NCBI GenBank assembly: GCA_001821395.1
Contig: MHLM01000014.1
Location: forward strand, 1-64,000
DNA: 64,000 bases
Direction of reading: 5' to 3'
Origin: Candidatus Lloydbacteria bacterium RIFCSPHIGHO2_02_FULL_50_18
GTDB taxonomy: Bacteria; Patescibacteriota; Minisyncoccia; Phycocordibacterales; UBA6899
Under the pieces are notes generated by a model, which did not search any database, was not told where the DNA came from, and was given only the letters and a program-made list of their open reading frames with translations. How positions within the stretch are numbered: the first letter of the stretch is position 1; the number at the start of each line of letters is the position of its first letter. Positions 1 through 7,431 of the stretch are shown here, in pieces. The position numbers were made by a program, and so were the translations under genes.

Positions 1-690
1 AACCGCCTGGGTAGTACAATCGCAAGATTAAAACTCAAAGGAATAGACGGGGACTTGCACAAGCGGTGGATTATGTGGTTTAATTCGATGGTACACGAAG
101 AACCTTACCAGGGCTAGATATCTAATGGAAAGACTTAGGAAACTAAGTAACTCCGCAAGGACCGTTAGACAGGTGATGCATGGCCGTCGTCAGTTCGTGG
201 TTTGAACTGTTCCCTTAAGTGGGGTAACGAACGCAACCCTTGTCGTCTGTTACAAGTGTCAGGCGAGACTGCCCAGCCCTAAGCGCACAATACGATCATA
301 AAAGATGATCGTGATTGCGAATTTGGGGCTGGGAGGAAGGCGGGGATGACGCCAGGTCAGCATGTCCCTAGATGCCCTGGGCTACACACATAATACAATG
401 GAGGTTACAACGGGCAGCGACCCAGCAATGGTGAGCTAATCCTTAAAAAGCCTTCTCAGTCCGGATTGAGGTCTGCAACTCGACCTCATGAAGCCGGAAT
501 CGCTAGTAATCGCGGGTCAGCTAAACCGCGGTGAATACGTTCTCAAGTCTTGTACTCACCGCCCGTCAACTCAAGGGAGCCGGGAGTACCCGAAATCTCA
601 CCTCGTGTGGGCCTAAGGTAAGCTCGGTAACAGGGAGTAAGTCGTAACAAGGCACGGGTAGCGGAAGCTGCTCGTGGATCAATTCCAATT
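1..690 (+). rRNA. rrs: 16S rRNA, 3' ~two-thirds (partial at the window start), with a ~45-nt expansion insertion around nt 285-345 and an atypical 3' tail
   Basis: Clear matches to universal 16S blocks (AAACTCAAAGGAAT.GACGG, GCGGTGGA.TATGTGGTTTAATTCGATG, GTCGTCAG.TCGTG, ACCGCCCGTCA, GTCGTAACAAGG). A helix-45-like 10-bp stem with a GGAA loop is followed by GGATCAATTCC. The end coordinate is approximate. Confidence 0.85.
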
Positions 691-935
691 TGGAGCGTTG
701 ATACACTTTCGAGTGTAAAGACTGATAGTCGATGAGTTCCTAGAACTATGGTCATGGTGATACACCCTAAAGGTCACTGCTTAACATGCGAGCGATGCAT
801 GTCGGATAAGGCCTCTCAATACGTAAAGAGGTAAAGTGGAGCGAGACAAAAGAAAGTGCTGTATTTTCTCAATCTTGTTTCTTTCTGAATTTGCATAGCT
901 TGATCGCGTAACACACTATAATCTCAAACAAAAAA

Positions 936-962
936 CCTACTCACCCGAGTAGGTTTTTTGTT
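936..962 (+). terminator. Rho-independent terminator downstream of 16S
   Basis: Hairpin CCTACTC-ACCC-GAGTAGG followed by TTTTTTG. Confidence 0.5.
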
Positions 963-995
963 GCCATTTTTTAAGTCGGAGGGTATGATAAAAAA

Positions 996-1196
996 ATGGA
1001 TGAACAAATGCCAGAGATCAACAAGAAATTACTCGAGATGGATGAAGGTGAACTGCCTCCTGACGGAGAGTTGGGATCCGAGGAATTTGGTGCCTCAGGT
1101 GACGAAGTTGCCGGAGAAGACCTCATGAGCAGTCTCGGTGAGGCTGCCATGGATGAAGCACCGGACGTGCACGAAGCCCCGTCAACGCTTCAGTAG
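996..1196 (+). CDS. small acidic hypothetical protein (66 aa, D/E-rich)
   Basis: ORF preceded by GGAGGG 8 nt upstream of the ATG and followed by two tandem terminator hairpins. No recognisable domain. Confidence 0.4.
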   Translation: MDEQMPEINKKLLEMDEGELPPDGELGSEEFGASGDEVAGEDLMSSLGEAAMDEAPDVHEAPSTLQ

Positions 1197-1213
1197 ACGA
1201 AGAGTAAAAGACG

Positions 1214-1250
1214 AAACCCCGCTCAATAGAAAAGCGGGGTCTTGTTTTTG
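1214..1250 (+). terminator. Rho-independent terminator
   Basis: CCCCGCT-loop-AGCGGGG followed by a T-run. Confidence 0.45.
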
Positions 1251-1267
1251 ATCATTGTAGGAAAGAA

Positions 1268-1302
1268 GAAGCCCCGTATGTTTTGCATGCGGGGCTTTTT
1301 GG
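1268..1302. terminator. bidirectional terminator hairpin between convergent ORFs
   Basis: AGCCCCGTATG-TTTTG-CATGCGGGGCT, flanked by an A-run upstream and a T-run downstream. Confidence 0.5.
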
Positions 1303-1311
1303 GGTGATCAT

Positions 1312-1641
1312 CTAGTCTTTGATCGGAGGATCCTTCGCGCGCAGTGCGACGATCATGCTTCGCGTGATCGATTGGCAGCGGAGACAGCGCTCGTCAGTCT
1401 CTGAGTGCTCATTCTCGGCTTTCCAGTAGAGCACATTCTCCTCACTTGTTTGCATGTGCAAGAAGTCACGTTGTTCCTGGGAAAGATCGTTAGGTGACAT
1501 ACCGTTCGCTATTTGCCCCCTGAGGTTTTCAAGTTTTTTGATCCGCCAGTCCGTTTGCAGCGATGCCACGGGAGCGTACTTAGCAGTTTTCGTTTTTGCC
1601 ACGATGAGCCTCACTTCCTTTGTGTAAGTTAAGAAGGGCAA
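1312..1641 (-). CDS. hypothetical protein (109 aa) with a C-terminal CxxC
   Basis: Intact ORF convergent with ORF 996. No homology that I recognise. Confidence 0.35.
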   Translation of the reverse strand: MPFLTYTKEVRLIVAKTKTAKYAPVASLQTDWRIKKLENLRGQIANGMSPNDLSQEQRDFLHMQTSEENVLYWKAENEHSETDERCLRCQSITRSMIVALRAKDPPIKD

Positions 1642-1746
1642 AAGTGCCGTATCTGTGTCTATTATACAAAGCTTGCGCTACCTGTCAATATGTGATATAA
1701 TTTAAGAGTAAGTTTGTTCTATGAATTTTTAATAAGGAGAAGGATA

Positions 1747-2046
1747 ATGGTGAGAAATCGGATATTAAGCAAGCGTGGCTTGTTGTTCACGCTCGCATTT
1801 GTAGTGTTGGGAACGATCTCCCTCGCCATGCTTGATGGGCTCGTGCGTGACCTTGCGGGTGAGCCGCAAATATGGGAAACCCACGTACGTTACACCTGGC
1901 TAGCCAAGGCCGGTTATCGGCAATGCATTGTTGCTGTTCGCGGCAAAACTGCCGAGCCGTGCAGCTCTTTCACGAAGGAGCAGATCGCAACCTTCAGGCT
2001 TCAGTATGAAACTCCGTCGCCGAAGGTCCTTGCCGGGGAGTTTTGA
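1747..2046 (+). CDS. hypothetical small membrane-anchored protein
   Basis: An ATG at 1747 is preceded by AAGGAGAAGG. An N-terminal hydrophobic segment is present and a terminator hairpin follows. Confidence 0.45.
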   Translation: MVRNRILSKRGLLFTLAFVVLGTISLAMLDGLVRDLAGEPQIWETHVRYTWLAKAGYRQCIVAVRGKTAEPCSSFTKEQIATFRLQYETPSPKVLAGEF

Positions 2047-2063
2047 ATCAGGAGCGAAATATA

Positions 2064-2095
2064 AGCCGGGCACACGGTGCTCGGCTTTTTATTCT
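2064..2095 (+). terminator. Rho-independent terminator
   Basis: GCCGGGCAC-ACG-GTGCTCGGC followed by TTTTTATT. Confidence 0.4.
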
Positions 2096-2227
2096 CTATT
2101 TCCGTTGGCATTGCGATAAACGCTTGTTTTTGCTATATTCTCCCATACAAGCGCGTGTATCAAAGCATACATACGGTTCGTTCGGTTCAAATATAAACAT
2201 ACTTTTAAATCCATTTCTGTTCTGTGT

Positions 2228-2301
2228 GCGCGTGTAGCTCAGGTGGTTAGAGCGCGTCACTGATAATGACGAGGTCCCAAGTTCGAGTCTTGGCATGCGC
2301 A
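2228..2301 (+). tRNA. tRNA-Ile (anticodon GAU), 74 nt, CCA not encoded
   Basis: Manual fold: 7-bp acceptor stem GCGCGTG/CATGCGC, D arm GCTC..GAGC, anticodon stem CGTCA/TGACG with loop CTGATAA, T arm CCAAG-TTCGAGT-CTTGG, discriminator A. Flanked by the perfect inverted repeat TTCTGTTCTGTGTGCGC / GCGCACACAGAACAGAA. Confidence 0.85.
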
Positions 2302-2414
2302 CACAGAACAGAAGAAAAGCATGTTTATATTTGCCCCTCACTGCCGTTAGTATCAAAGCATATATACGGTTCGTTCGGTCAGAGAATAAATGAGTGCATT
2401 TCTTCTCTTCCCTC

Positions 2415-2600
2415 ACTGCCCTTTGTAGCTCAGGTGCAAAGGTGCCCCTACGGGCTTTTTTTGTTGGAGCGGGCAAAAGATGCGGGCACTCCTTTTGCCC
2501 TAATAATAACGAGATCCCAAGTTCGAGCGACTAATTTTTCTTGACGGTACTCCGTCTTAGAAAAATGAAGTGCTCTTGTGGCGCTTGGCATGCGCACACA
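2415..2600 (+). pseudogene. decayed tandem duplicate of the tRNA-Ile unit (tRNA-like remnant with ~60-nt and ~55-nt insertions)
   Basis: Blocks TGTAGCTCAGGTG, CTAATAATAACGAGATCCCAAGTTCGAG and CTTGGCATGCGCACACAGA match the upstream tRNA in order but are split by insertions carrying hairpin plus T-run elements. The upstream leader ATCAAAGCATAYATACGGTTCGTTCGGT is also duplicated (2163-2190 and 2352-2379). Confidence 0.45.
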
Positions 2601-2675
2601 GATGAACAAAAAGCCCCAATTGCTTGGGGTATTTTTGTCTGTCACGTGAAAGATCAGATATGGTATTATCGTAAT

Positions 2676-3419
2676 ATGATCAACGAAGCAATTGCAAATT
2701 ATGTGCGTGACGAGCGCGCTCGGGGTGTTGCTGACCAAGCTATTCGTGCCGAGCTATCGGTAAAGGGCTGGAAGTCAGAAGACATCAATGCCGCTCTGCC
2801 GAAAGGAGATGAGTCGACGACGATAGCAACGAAGTCGAAGATATTCGGGTCTGCACTTTTGGGAACAGTAGAAACTGCAGCATTTCGTCTGCTCCTTCTC
2901 GGTTTCGTATTTTTTCTCGTTTCGTCCGTATTGCTCGCTTTGTTTTACGGTGAGGCAAAAAATGATCTCAGCAATCAGCTTGTCTTCGCCCTATTTTCGC
3001 TTACACACATAGTCAATGCTTCAGCGGCATATTTTCTGTTTCTTACGGTGTGGAAGCTTTCTCGTTCCGTGTGGTTTCGCATATGGATCGGGATCATGGC
3101 CTTCATCGTCGCATTATTTGCGATCTTCTCATTTGCGCATTTTGTATCAATTGCAACGGGATATGATTTTTTTATGATTTCAAAGGCCTTATTTGGTGAT
3201 GAATACTTTCCTGTTATTATCTACTTTATATTACTTCCTCTCCAGGCAGTGGTATTTCTCTTGCTTACCATAACCCTGTGGACGCTTAAAAACTTGCACA
3301 AGCGGAGAACGGGAAGGGTGTTGTTACTCCGTGCGCACCTTGCGACCACTGGACTCTTCTTCTTGATGGCGCTACTTGCACTCGGCGATTTCATTTTTGT
3401 ACTGTCGAATTCTTTTTAG
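2676..3419 (+). CDS. polytopic membrane protein, hypothetical
   Basis: Long ORF with 6-7 hydrophobic helices. The listed start at 2541 would overlap the tRNA-like remnant, so the ATG at 2676 is preferred. No recognised domain. Confidence 0.4.
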   Translation: MINEAIANYVRDERARGVADQAIRAELSVKGWKSEDINAALPKGDESTTIATKSKIFGSALLGTVETAAFRLLLLGFVFFLVSSVLLALFYGEAKNDLSNQLVFALFSLTHIVNASAAYFLFLTVWKLSRSVWFRIWIGIMAFIVALFAIFSFAHFVSIATGYDFFMISKALFGDEYFPVIIYFILLPLQAVVFLLLTITLWTLKNLHKRRTGRVLLLRAHLATTGLFFLMALLALGDFIFVLSNSF

Positions 3420-3508
3420 CTCGATGCCATATCGCATACGCGGATATTTGCTCACTATAAAAATAATGCGAGATTGTGTTTTAAAAGAATTTTGCTTAGC
3501 ATGTACAC

Positions 3509-4210
3509 ATGCCCACTTTATATATAGTAGCGACCCCGATCGGGAACCTCGAAGACGTGACCCTTCGGGCGATCCGCATACTGAAAGAAGTTGACCTCAT
3601 TCTTTGTGAGGATACACGGGTGACAAAGCGATTGCTCGAACGATACGAGATCGATAAGCCGACCATGAGCTATCACGCACAGTCGAAATTATCGAAAGTA
3701 GACAAGATTCTCTCTGTGCTCGGCGAAGGGAAAAGCTGCGCCCTGGTTTCCGATGCCGGCACTCCAACCATCTCAGACCCTGGATGTTTGCTTGTCGCAC
3801 AAGTGAGGGAGAAGTTTGGAGATGTGATAGAAATCATTCCTATACCCGGTCCATCTGCCGTACTTTCCGCGCTTTCGGTATCCGGCTTCCCGTCATCGGA
3901 ATTTTTATTCCTTGGATTTTTGCCGCACAAAAAGGGGAGAGAGACCCTGTTTCGGGAGATTACCGCATCGAAGCGCACGGTCGTGTTCTATGAATCACCG
4001 CATCGTATCGAAAAAACACTCGAAGCATTGCATCTGCATCTCGGTGCGGCATCGGACGGGGGGTCAAAGCGAAGGATCCTTATTTCACGCGAGATCACCA
4101 AGATCCACGAGGAGCATGTGCTTGGTACTCCGGACGAGGTCATGCTGCATTATCAGTCACACCCTGACCGCATCCGCGGCGAATTTGTGGTGGTGGTGGA
4201 GGGTGCATAG
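3509..4210 (+). CDS. rsmI: 16S rRNA (cytidine1402-2'-O)-methyltransferase RsmI
   Basis: N-terminal LYIVATPIGNLEDVTLRA, central SDAGTPTISDPG and C-terminal FYESPHRI motifs typical of RsmI/tetrapyrrole-methylase-fold proteins. Confidence 0.9.
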   Translation: MPTLYIVATPIGNLEDVTLRAIRILKEVDLILCEDTRVTKRLLERYEIDKPTMSYHAQSKLSKVDKILSVLGEGKSCALVSDAGTPTISDPGCLLVAQVREKFGDVIEIIPIPGPSAVLSALSVSGFPSSEFLFLGFLPHKKGRETLFREITASKRTVVFYESPHRIEKTLEALHLHLGAASDGGSKRRILISREITKIHEEHVLGTPDEVMLHYQSHPDRIRGEFVVVVEGA

Positions 4211-4241
4211 TATCGCCCTCTGCGCTATAATAGGGCGCATC

Positions 4242-4622
4242 ATGTTACGCAATATCCTTATCGTTGTTGGACTGCTGGTCGCACTTGATCCATACTTGGG
4301 ATTTCCTCAATCTGTTGATAAGTTCATCTTAACGGGACTTGGCCTTTTTGTCGTATTTCTCATCGCACTAACACGGCGCGGGCGTATACACCATGAGGTT
4401 CACGAGATGAAGGAGGAAAGCCCTACGGCGCTCCATATTGAGCGTACTGAAGTAGCGGACTCTCCCCGTATGCACGTCGAGCGGAATACAATAGAAGATA
4501 CGGAGTCGCTCGAAGATAGTGAGGGTGGCGAGACGGTGGTCGAAAAGAAGACCACGGTCGTACGCCGCAGAAAAAGAGATAATGGTGACGGTCTCTCGTC
4601 GGAAGAGAGGGTGCGCATGTAA
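4242..4622 (+). CDS. small membrane protein (two N-terminal TM helices, acidic C-terminus), hypothetical
   Basis: ATG at 4242 directly after the rsmI stop. The longer listed frame from 3912 lies inside rsmI. Confidence 0.4.
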   Translation: MLRNILIVVGLLVALDPYLGFPQSVDKFILTGLGLFVVFLIALTRRGRIHHEVHEMKEESPTALHIERTEVADSPRMHVERNTIEDTESLEDSEGGETVVEKKTTVVRRRKRDNGDGLSSEERVRM

Positions 4623-4625
4623 TTC

Positions 4626-5930
4626 ATGCTCCAAAGCCTATTACAACTTCGTGTGATGCTTCCAGCCTTGATCGGTGGGTTGCTTTTCTATACCGGCGTA
4701 AGCAGTAAGACGGAAGTCTTTTATGATGCGCAGAGTGCGACGACGACGCCTGTGCGCACAGCCTCGACAACGCCCGTAGCGGCAGTACCAACGCTGCCGC
4801 CGCCATTCGTCGTGACTCACATAAAAACACCAATACCGGTGAAGGCGGCTTATATGACGAGCTGTATTGCGAGCGGCAAAAGCCTGCGCGCACCGCTTAC
4901 GCGATTGGTGGAGCAAACGGAGCTGAACGCACTCGTCATCGATATCAAAGATTTTTCGGGGATGGTCTCTGTCGATTTCGGTGACCCCCGTTTTGTCGTG
5001 AACTCAAAGGGGTGCACGATTCCGGATGTAAAAGAATACATTGCAGAGCTACACAAAAAAAATATCTATGTCATCGGTCGCGTGACGGTGATGCAGGACA
5101 GTGTTTATACGAAGTCACACCCTGACGCGGCCGTGAAACGACGGTCCGACGGTGGGATTTGGAAAGATAAAAAAGGTCTCGCCTTTGTCGATCCCGGTGC
5201 ATCAGAATACTGGCAGTACATGGTTGATATAGGAAAAGCCTCATATGCGCTCGGGTTCGATGAGATCAATTACGATTACGTTCGCTATCCGTCAGACGGT
5301 GATATGTCGAACGCGAAATTTACCCGTACGGGATCAACGACGAAAGCGGTGATGATGGACAGATTCTTCAGCTACCTCGGGAAGGCGATGCGTGTCGCGG
5401 GTGTCCCATCGTCGGTCGATCTCTTCGGCATGACGACGACGAATACTGATGATCTCGGGATTGGACAGGTGCTTGAAAGTGCGCTCCGAAATTTCGATTA
5501 TGTCGCACCGATGGTCTATCCGTCGCACTACCCTCCAAATTTCAATGGCTGGAAAAATCCGAATCTTGTGCCCTATGAGATCATTCAATTTGTAATGTCT
5601 CGTGCGGTGACACGAGCCAATGCGCTGGAACAGAAGGAATCGGGATGGGTCGCCCCTGTCGTGGGTTCAACGACGCCGATCGCGTCTACCACTCCGACGA
5701 AATTCGTTCCGCAAGGAATTTACGCGAACAGACTTCGTCCATGGATTCAGGATTTTGATTATGGAAAGGTCTACACGGAGGCAGATGTGCGCGCACAAAA
5801 AAGGGCGACGTATGATGCAGGGCTGACGTCGTGGATGAGCTGGGATCCATCAAATAAATATACGCCGAGTGCATACAACACCGCTGAGCTTGCTACGATC
5901 GAGTCGGATGGGGGAGCGGTGCTTCCGTAA
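4626..5930 (+). CDS. putative secreted glycoside-hydrolase-like TIM-barrel protein (DUF4015-like)
   Basis: N-terminal signal/TM segment, Thr/Pro-rich linker and a body resembling the putative glycosyl hydrolase DUF4015 family (LNALVIDIKD, GFDEINYDYVRYP). The family assignment is from memory. Confidence 0.45.
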   Translation: MLQSLLQLRVMLPALIGGLLFYTGVSSKTEVFYDAQSATTTPVRTASTTPVAAVPTLPPPFVVTHIKTPIPVKAAYMTSCIASGKSLRAPLTRLVEQTELNALVIDIKDFSGMVSVDFGDPRFVVNSKGCTIPDVKEYIAELHKKNIYVIGRVTVMQDSVYTKSHPDAAVKRRSDGGIWKDKKGLAFVDPGASEYWQYMVDIGKASYALGFDEINYDYVRYPSDGDMSNAKFTRTGSTTKAVMMDRFFSYLGKAMRVAGVPSSVDLFGMTTTNTDDLGIGQVLESALRNFDYVAPMVYPSHYPPNFNGWKNPNLVPYEIIQFVMSRAVTRANALEQKESGWVAPVVGSTTPIASTTPTKFVPQGIYANRLRPWIQDFDYGKVYTEADVRAQKRATYDAGLTSWMSWDPSNKYTPSAYNTAELATIESDGGAVLP

Positions 5931-6076
5931 TTCGCTTTCCCATCGTTTCATACGACGAGTATTTCTCGCTTCGTCCCCCCCTCTCACTCTGCCTCACCCA
6001 AGTGATCCGCCCCATGCTTTCTTGTTTTTTCTATATTACTCATTCTATATTTTTCAACATATTTTCCCCATTTTTT

Positions 6077-6095
6077 GTCAAGGTTTAACCTTGAC
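6077..6095. promoter_or_regulatory. 19-bp perfect palindrome GTCAAGGTT-T-AACCTTGAC upstream of the Rieske oxygenase gene
   Basis: Seen directly in the sequence. Overlaps TTGACC and TTGTCA hexamers ~85 bp upstream of the start codon. Confidence 0.3.
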
Positions 6096-6178
6096 CATGT
6101 TTCTGTACTTTTATTCAAAATGTGTTAGATTTCGCCAAGTCTCAATTTCGTTCTTCACAACAGAAAGGTATTTCTTAA

Positions 6179-7324
6179 ATGGAAAAAAGCCCACCAATGC
6201 AGTCCGACCGACCCAATTGGTATCGCGGTCTTCGGACTCGCACTCAAGGAGGCTACTTTGGCTCGCTCTCGTCTCTGTATCCGAACGAGGTATTCGTCAC
6301 GTTCGATAAGAAGTGGATCGTTACACGCACGGAAGACGGAGAAGTTTCGGTCGTTCAGAATGTCTGCCTTCATGCAGGCATGGAAATCCTGAATCAGTCT
6401 GGGACGCAGCATAAGCCTGAGATACGCTGTTCAGGTCATCAGTGGCTTTACGATATTCGCGGTACTCTGCGTGCTGCACCGAAGTTCTGCAAATTCGAGG
6501 GACATCTTGCGCGTCCGAAGTTCTCCGTCTGGAATGGGCTTATCCTCGGCTATTCCAATGATGAGCTTGGCGCACTTAAGGGCTTTGGTTCATCGCTAGG
6601 TTTACCGGAAGGCTTCTTGTCTATCGATCAATTTCGTTTCGGCAAAGAGGTCGCATATGCGTTACCCTATCCGTGTCCGCTCATGGGAATCAATTATCTC
6701 GACGGGTTGCATGTGCCGAAGTATCACGAGACCACCTTTGGCCCCGTGGTCGATGAGGCACAGTATGACTGGGAATTCGGTCCGACGGATACGAGCTTAA
6801 GTTATAGTATCCAACTCGTGCGCGTGCGTCCTGATGTGCGCGCGCATGTCGATAGGCTTATGCGCATGCGGAATATACGGCAGTCCGAACTCGGTTGGTC
6901 CGATCTATATTTCTGGCTCGATGAAACGATGCCGGATGCGACGACGCCAATCGACAGCAACATCTTTGCGGTGTGGCCACTCATCTATGGTGATGGCTAT
7001 GTCATGCCGGAGCTCTATCTTGGCGGACGGTTTCTTGCGCTCTCATACCTCATTTCTTTTGAGGACGATGAGGGGCGGATGATCAGCCGGAATTACGTTG
7101 AGTATTATGTGCACGAGAGTTTTCCTGAGCGGTATCGTGCACACACACTCGATAAATTTATCTTTGCGTACGAACAAAGCGCGCGAGAAGATGATGAGCT
7201 GTGCATGAAGCTTTCTGCTGCACACCGTCGAACGGATATCTCTTTCGATCGTATTGTGCATGAAACGCTCGAGACGGGGGATAAACACTTTCGTGATTGG
7301 TTCAAGCGGCATTTTGTCGAATAG
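6179..7324 (+). CDS. Rieske [2Fe-2S] non-heme iron oxygenase alpha-subunit-like protein
   Basis: Rieske motif CLHAG...(17)...CSGHQW (CxH-x17-CxxH) plus a downstream DGLHVPKYH (D-x2-H-x4-H) mononuclear-iron motif. Size (381 aa) is similar to CntA/GbcA-type oxygenases. Confidence 0.6.
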   Translation: MEKSPPMQSDRPNWYRGLRTRTQGGYFGSLSSLYPNEVFVTFDKKWIVTRTEDGEVSVVQNVCLHAGMEILNQSGTQHKPEIRCSGHQWLYDIRGTLRAAPKFCKFEGHLARPKFSVWNGLILGYSNDELGALKGFGSSLGLPEGFLSIDQFRFGKEVAYALPYPCPLMGINYLDGLHVPKYHETTFGPVVDEAQYDWEFGPTDTSLSYSIQLVRVRPDVRAHVDRLMRMRNIRQSELGWSDLYFWLDETMPDATTPIDSNIFAVWPLIYGDGYVMPELYLGGRFLALSYLISFEDDEGRMISRNYVEYYVHESFPERYRAHTLDKFIFAYEQSAREDDELCMKLSAAHRRTDISFDRIVHETLETGDKHFRDWFKRHFVE

Positions 7325-7431
7325 TTCTTTGTGTACTCCCTGCGTAATGTGGGGAGTTTTTTTGCGCAAAATACGAATTGTTCACCGGGTCGCATTTTTC
7401 AAAGCACGCGGCTAGTGCTTTGACAAGATGA

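Noticed and set aside
2415..2600. Calling the second tRNA-like region a functional intron-containing tRNA
   Set aside because: The 5' acceptor and D-arm sequence no longer pair with the 3' acceptor side. The anticodon loop is altered (CTAATAA) and the insertions contain terminator-like hairpins. A pseudogene is more parsimonious, but this was not tested with covariance models.
3912..4622. 236-aa ORF whose first 100 codons lie inside rsmI in another frame
   Set aside because: Its 5' part overlaps the confidently identified rsmI. The downstream part has its own ATG at 4242 immediately after the rsmI stop, so the long form is an ORF-caller artefact.
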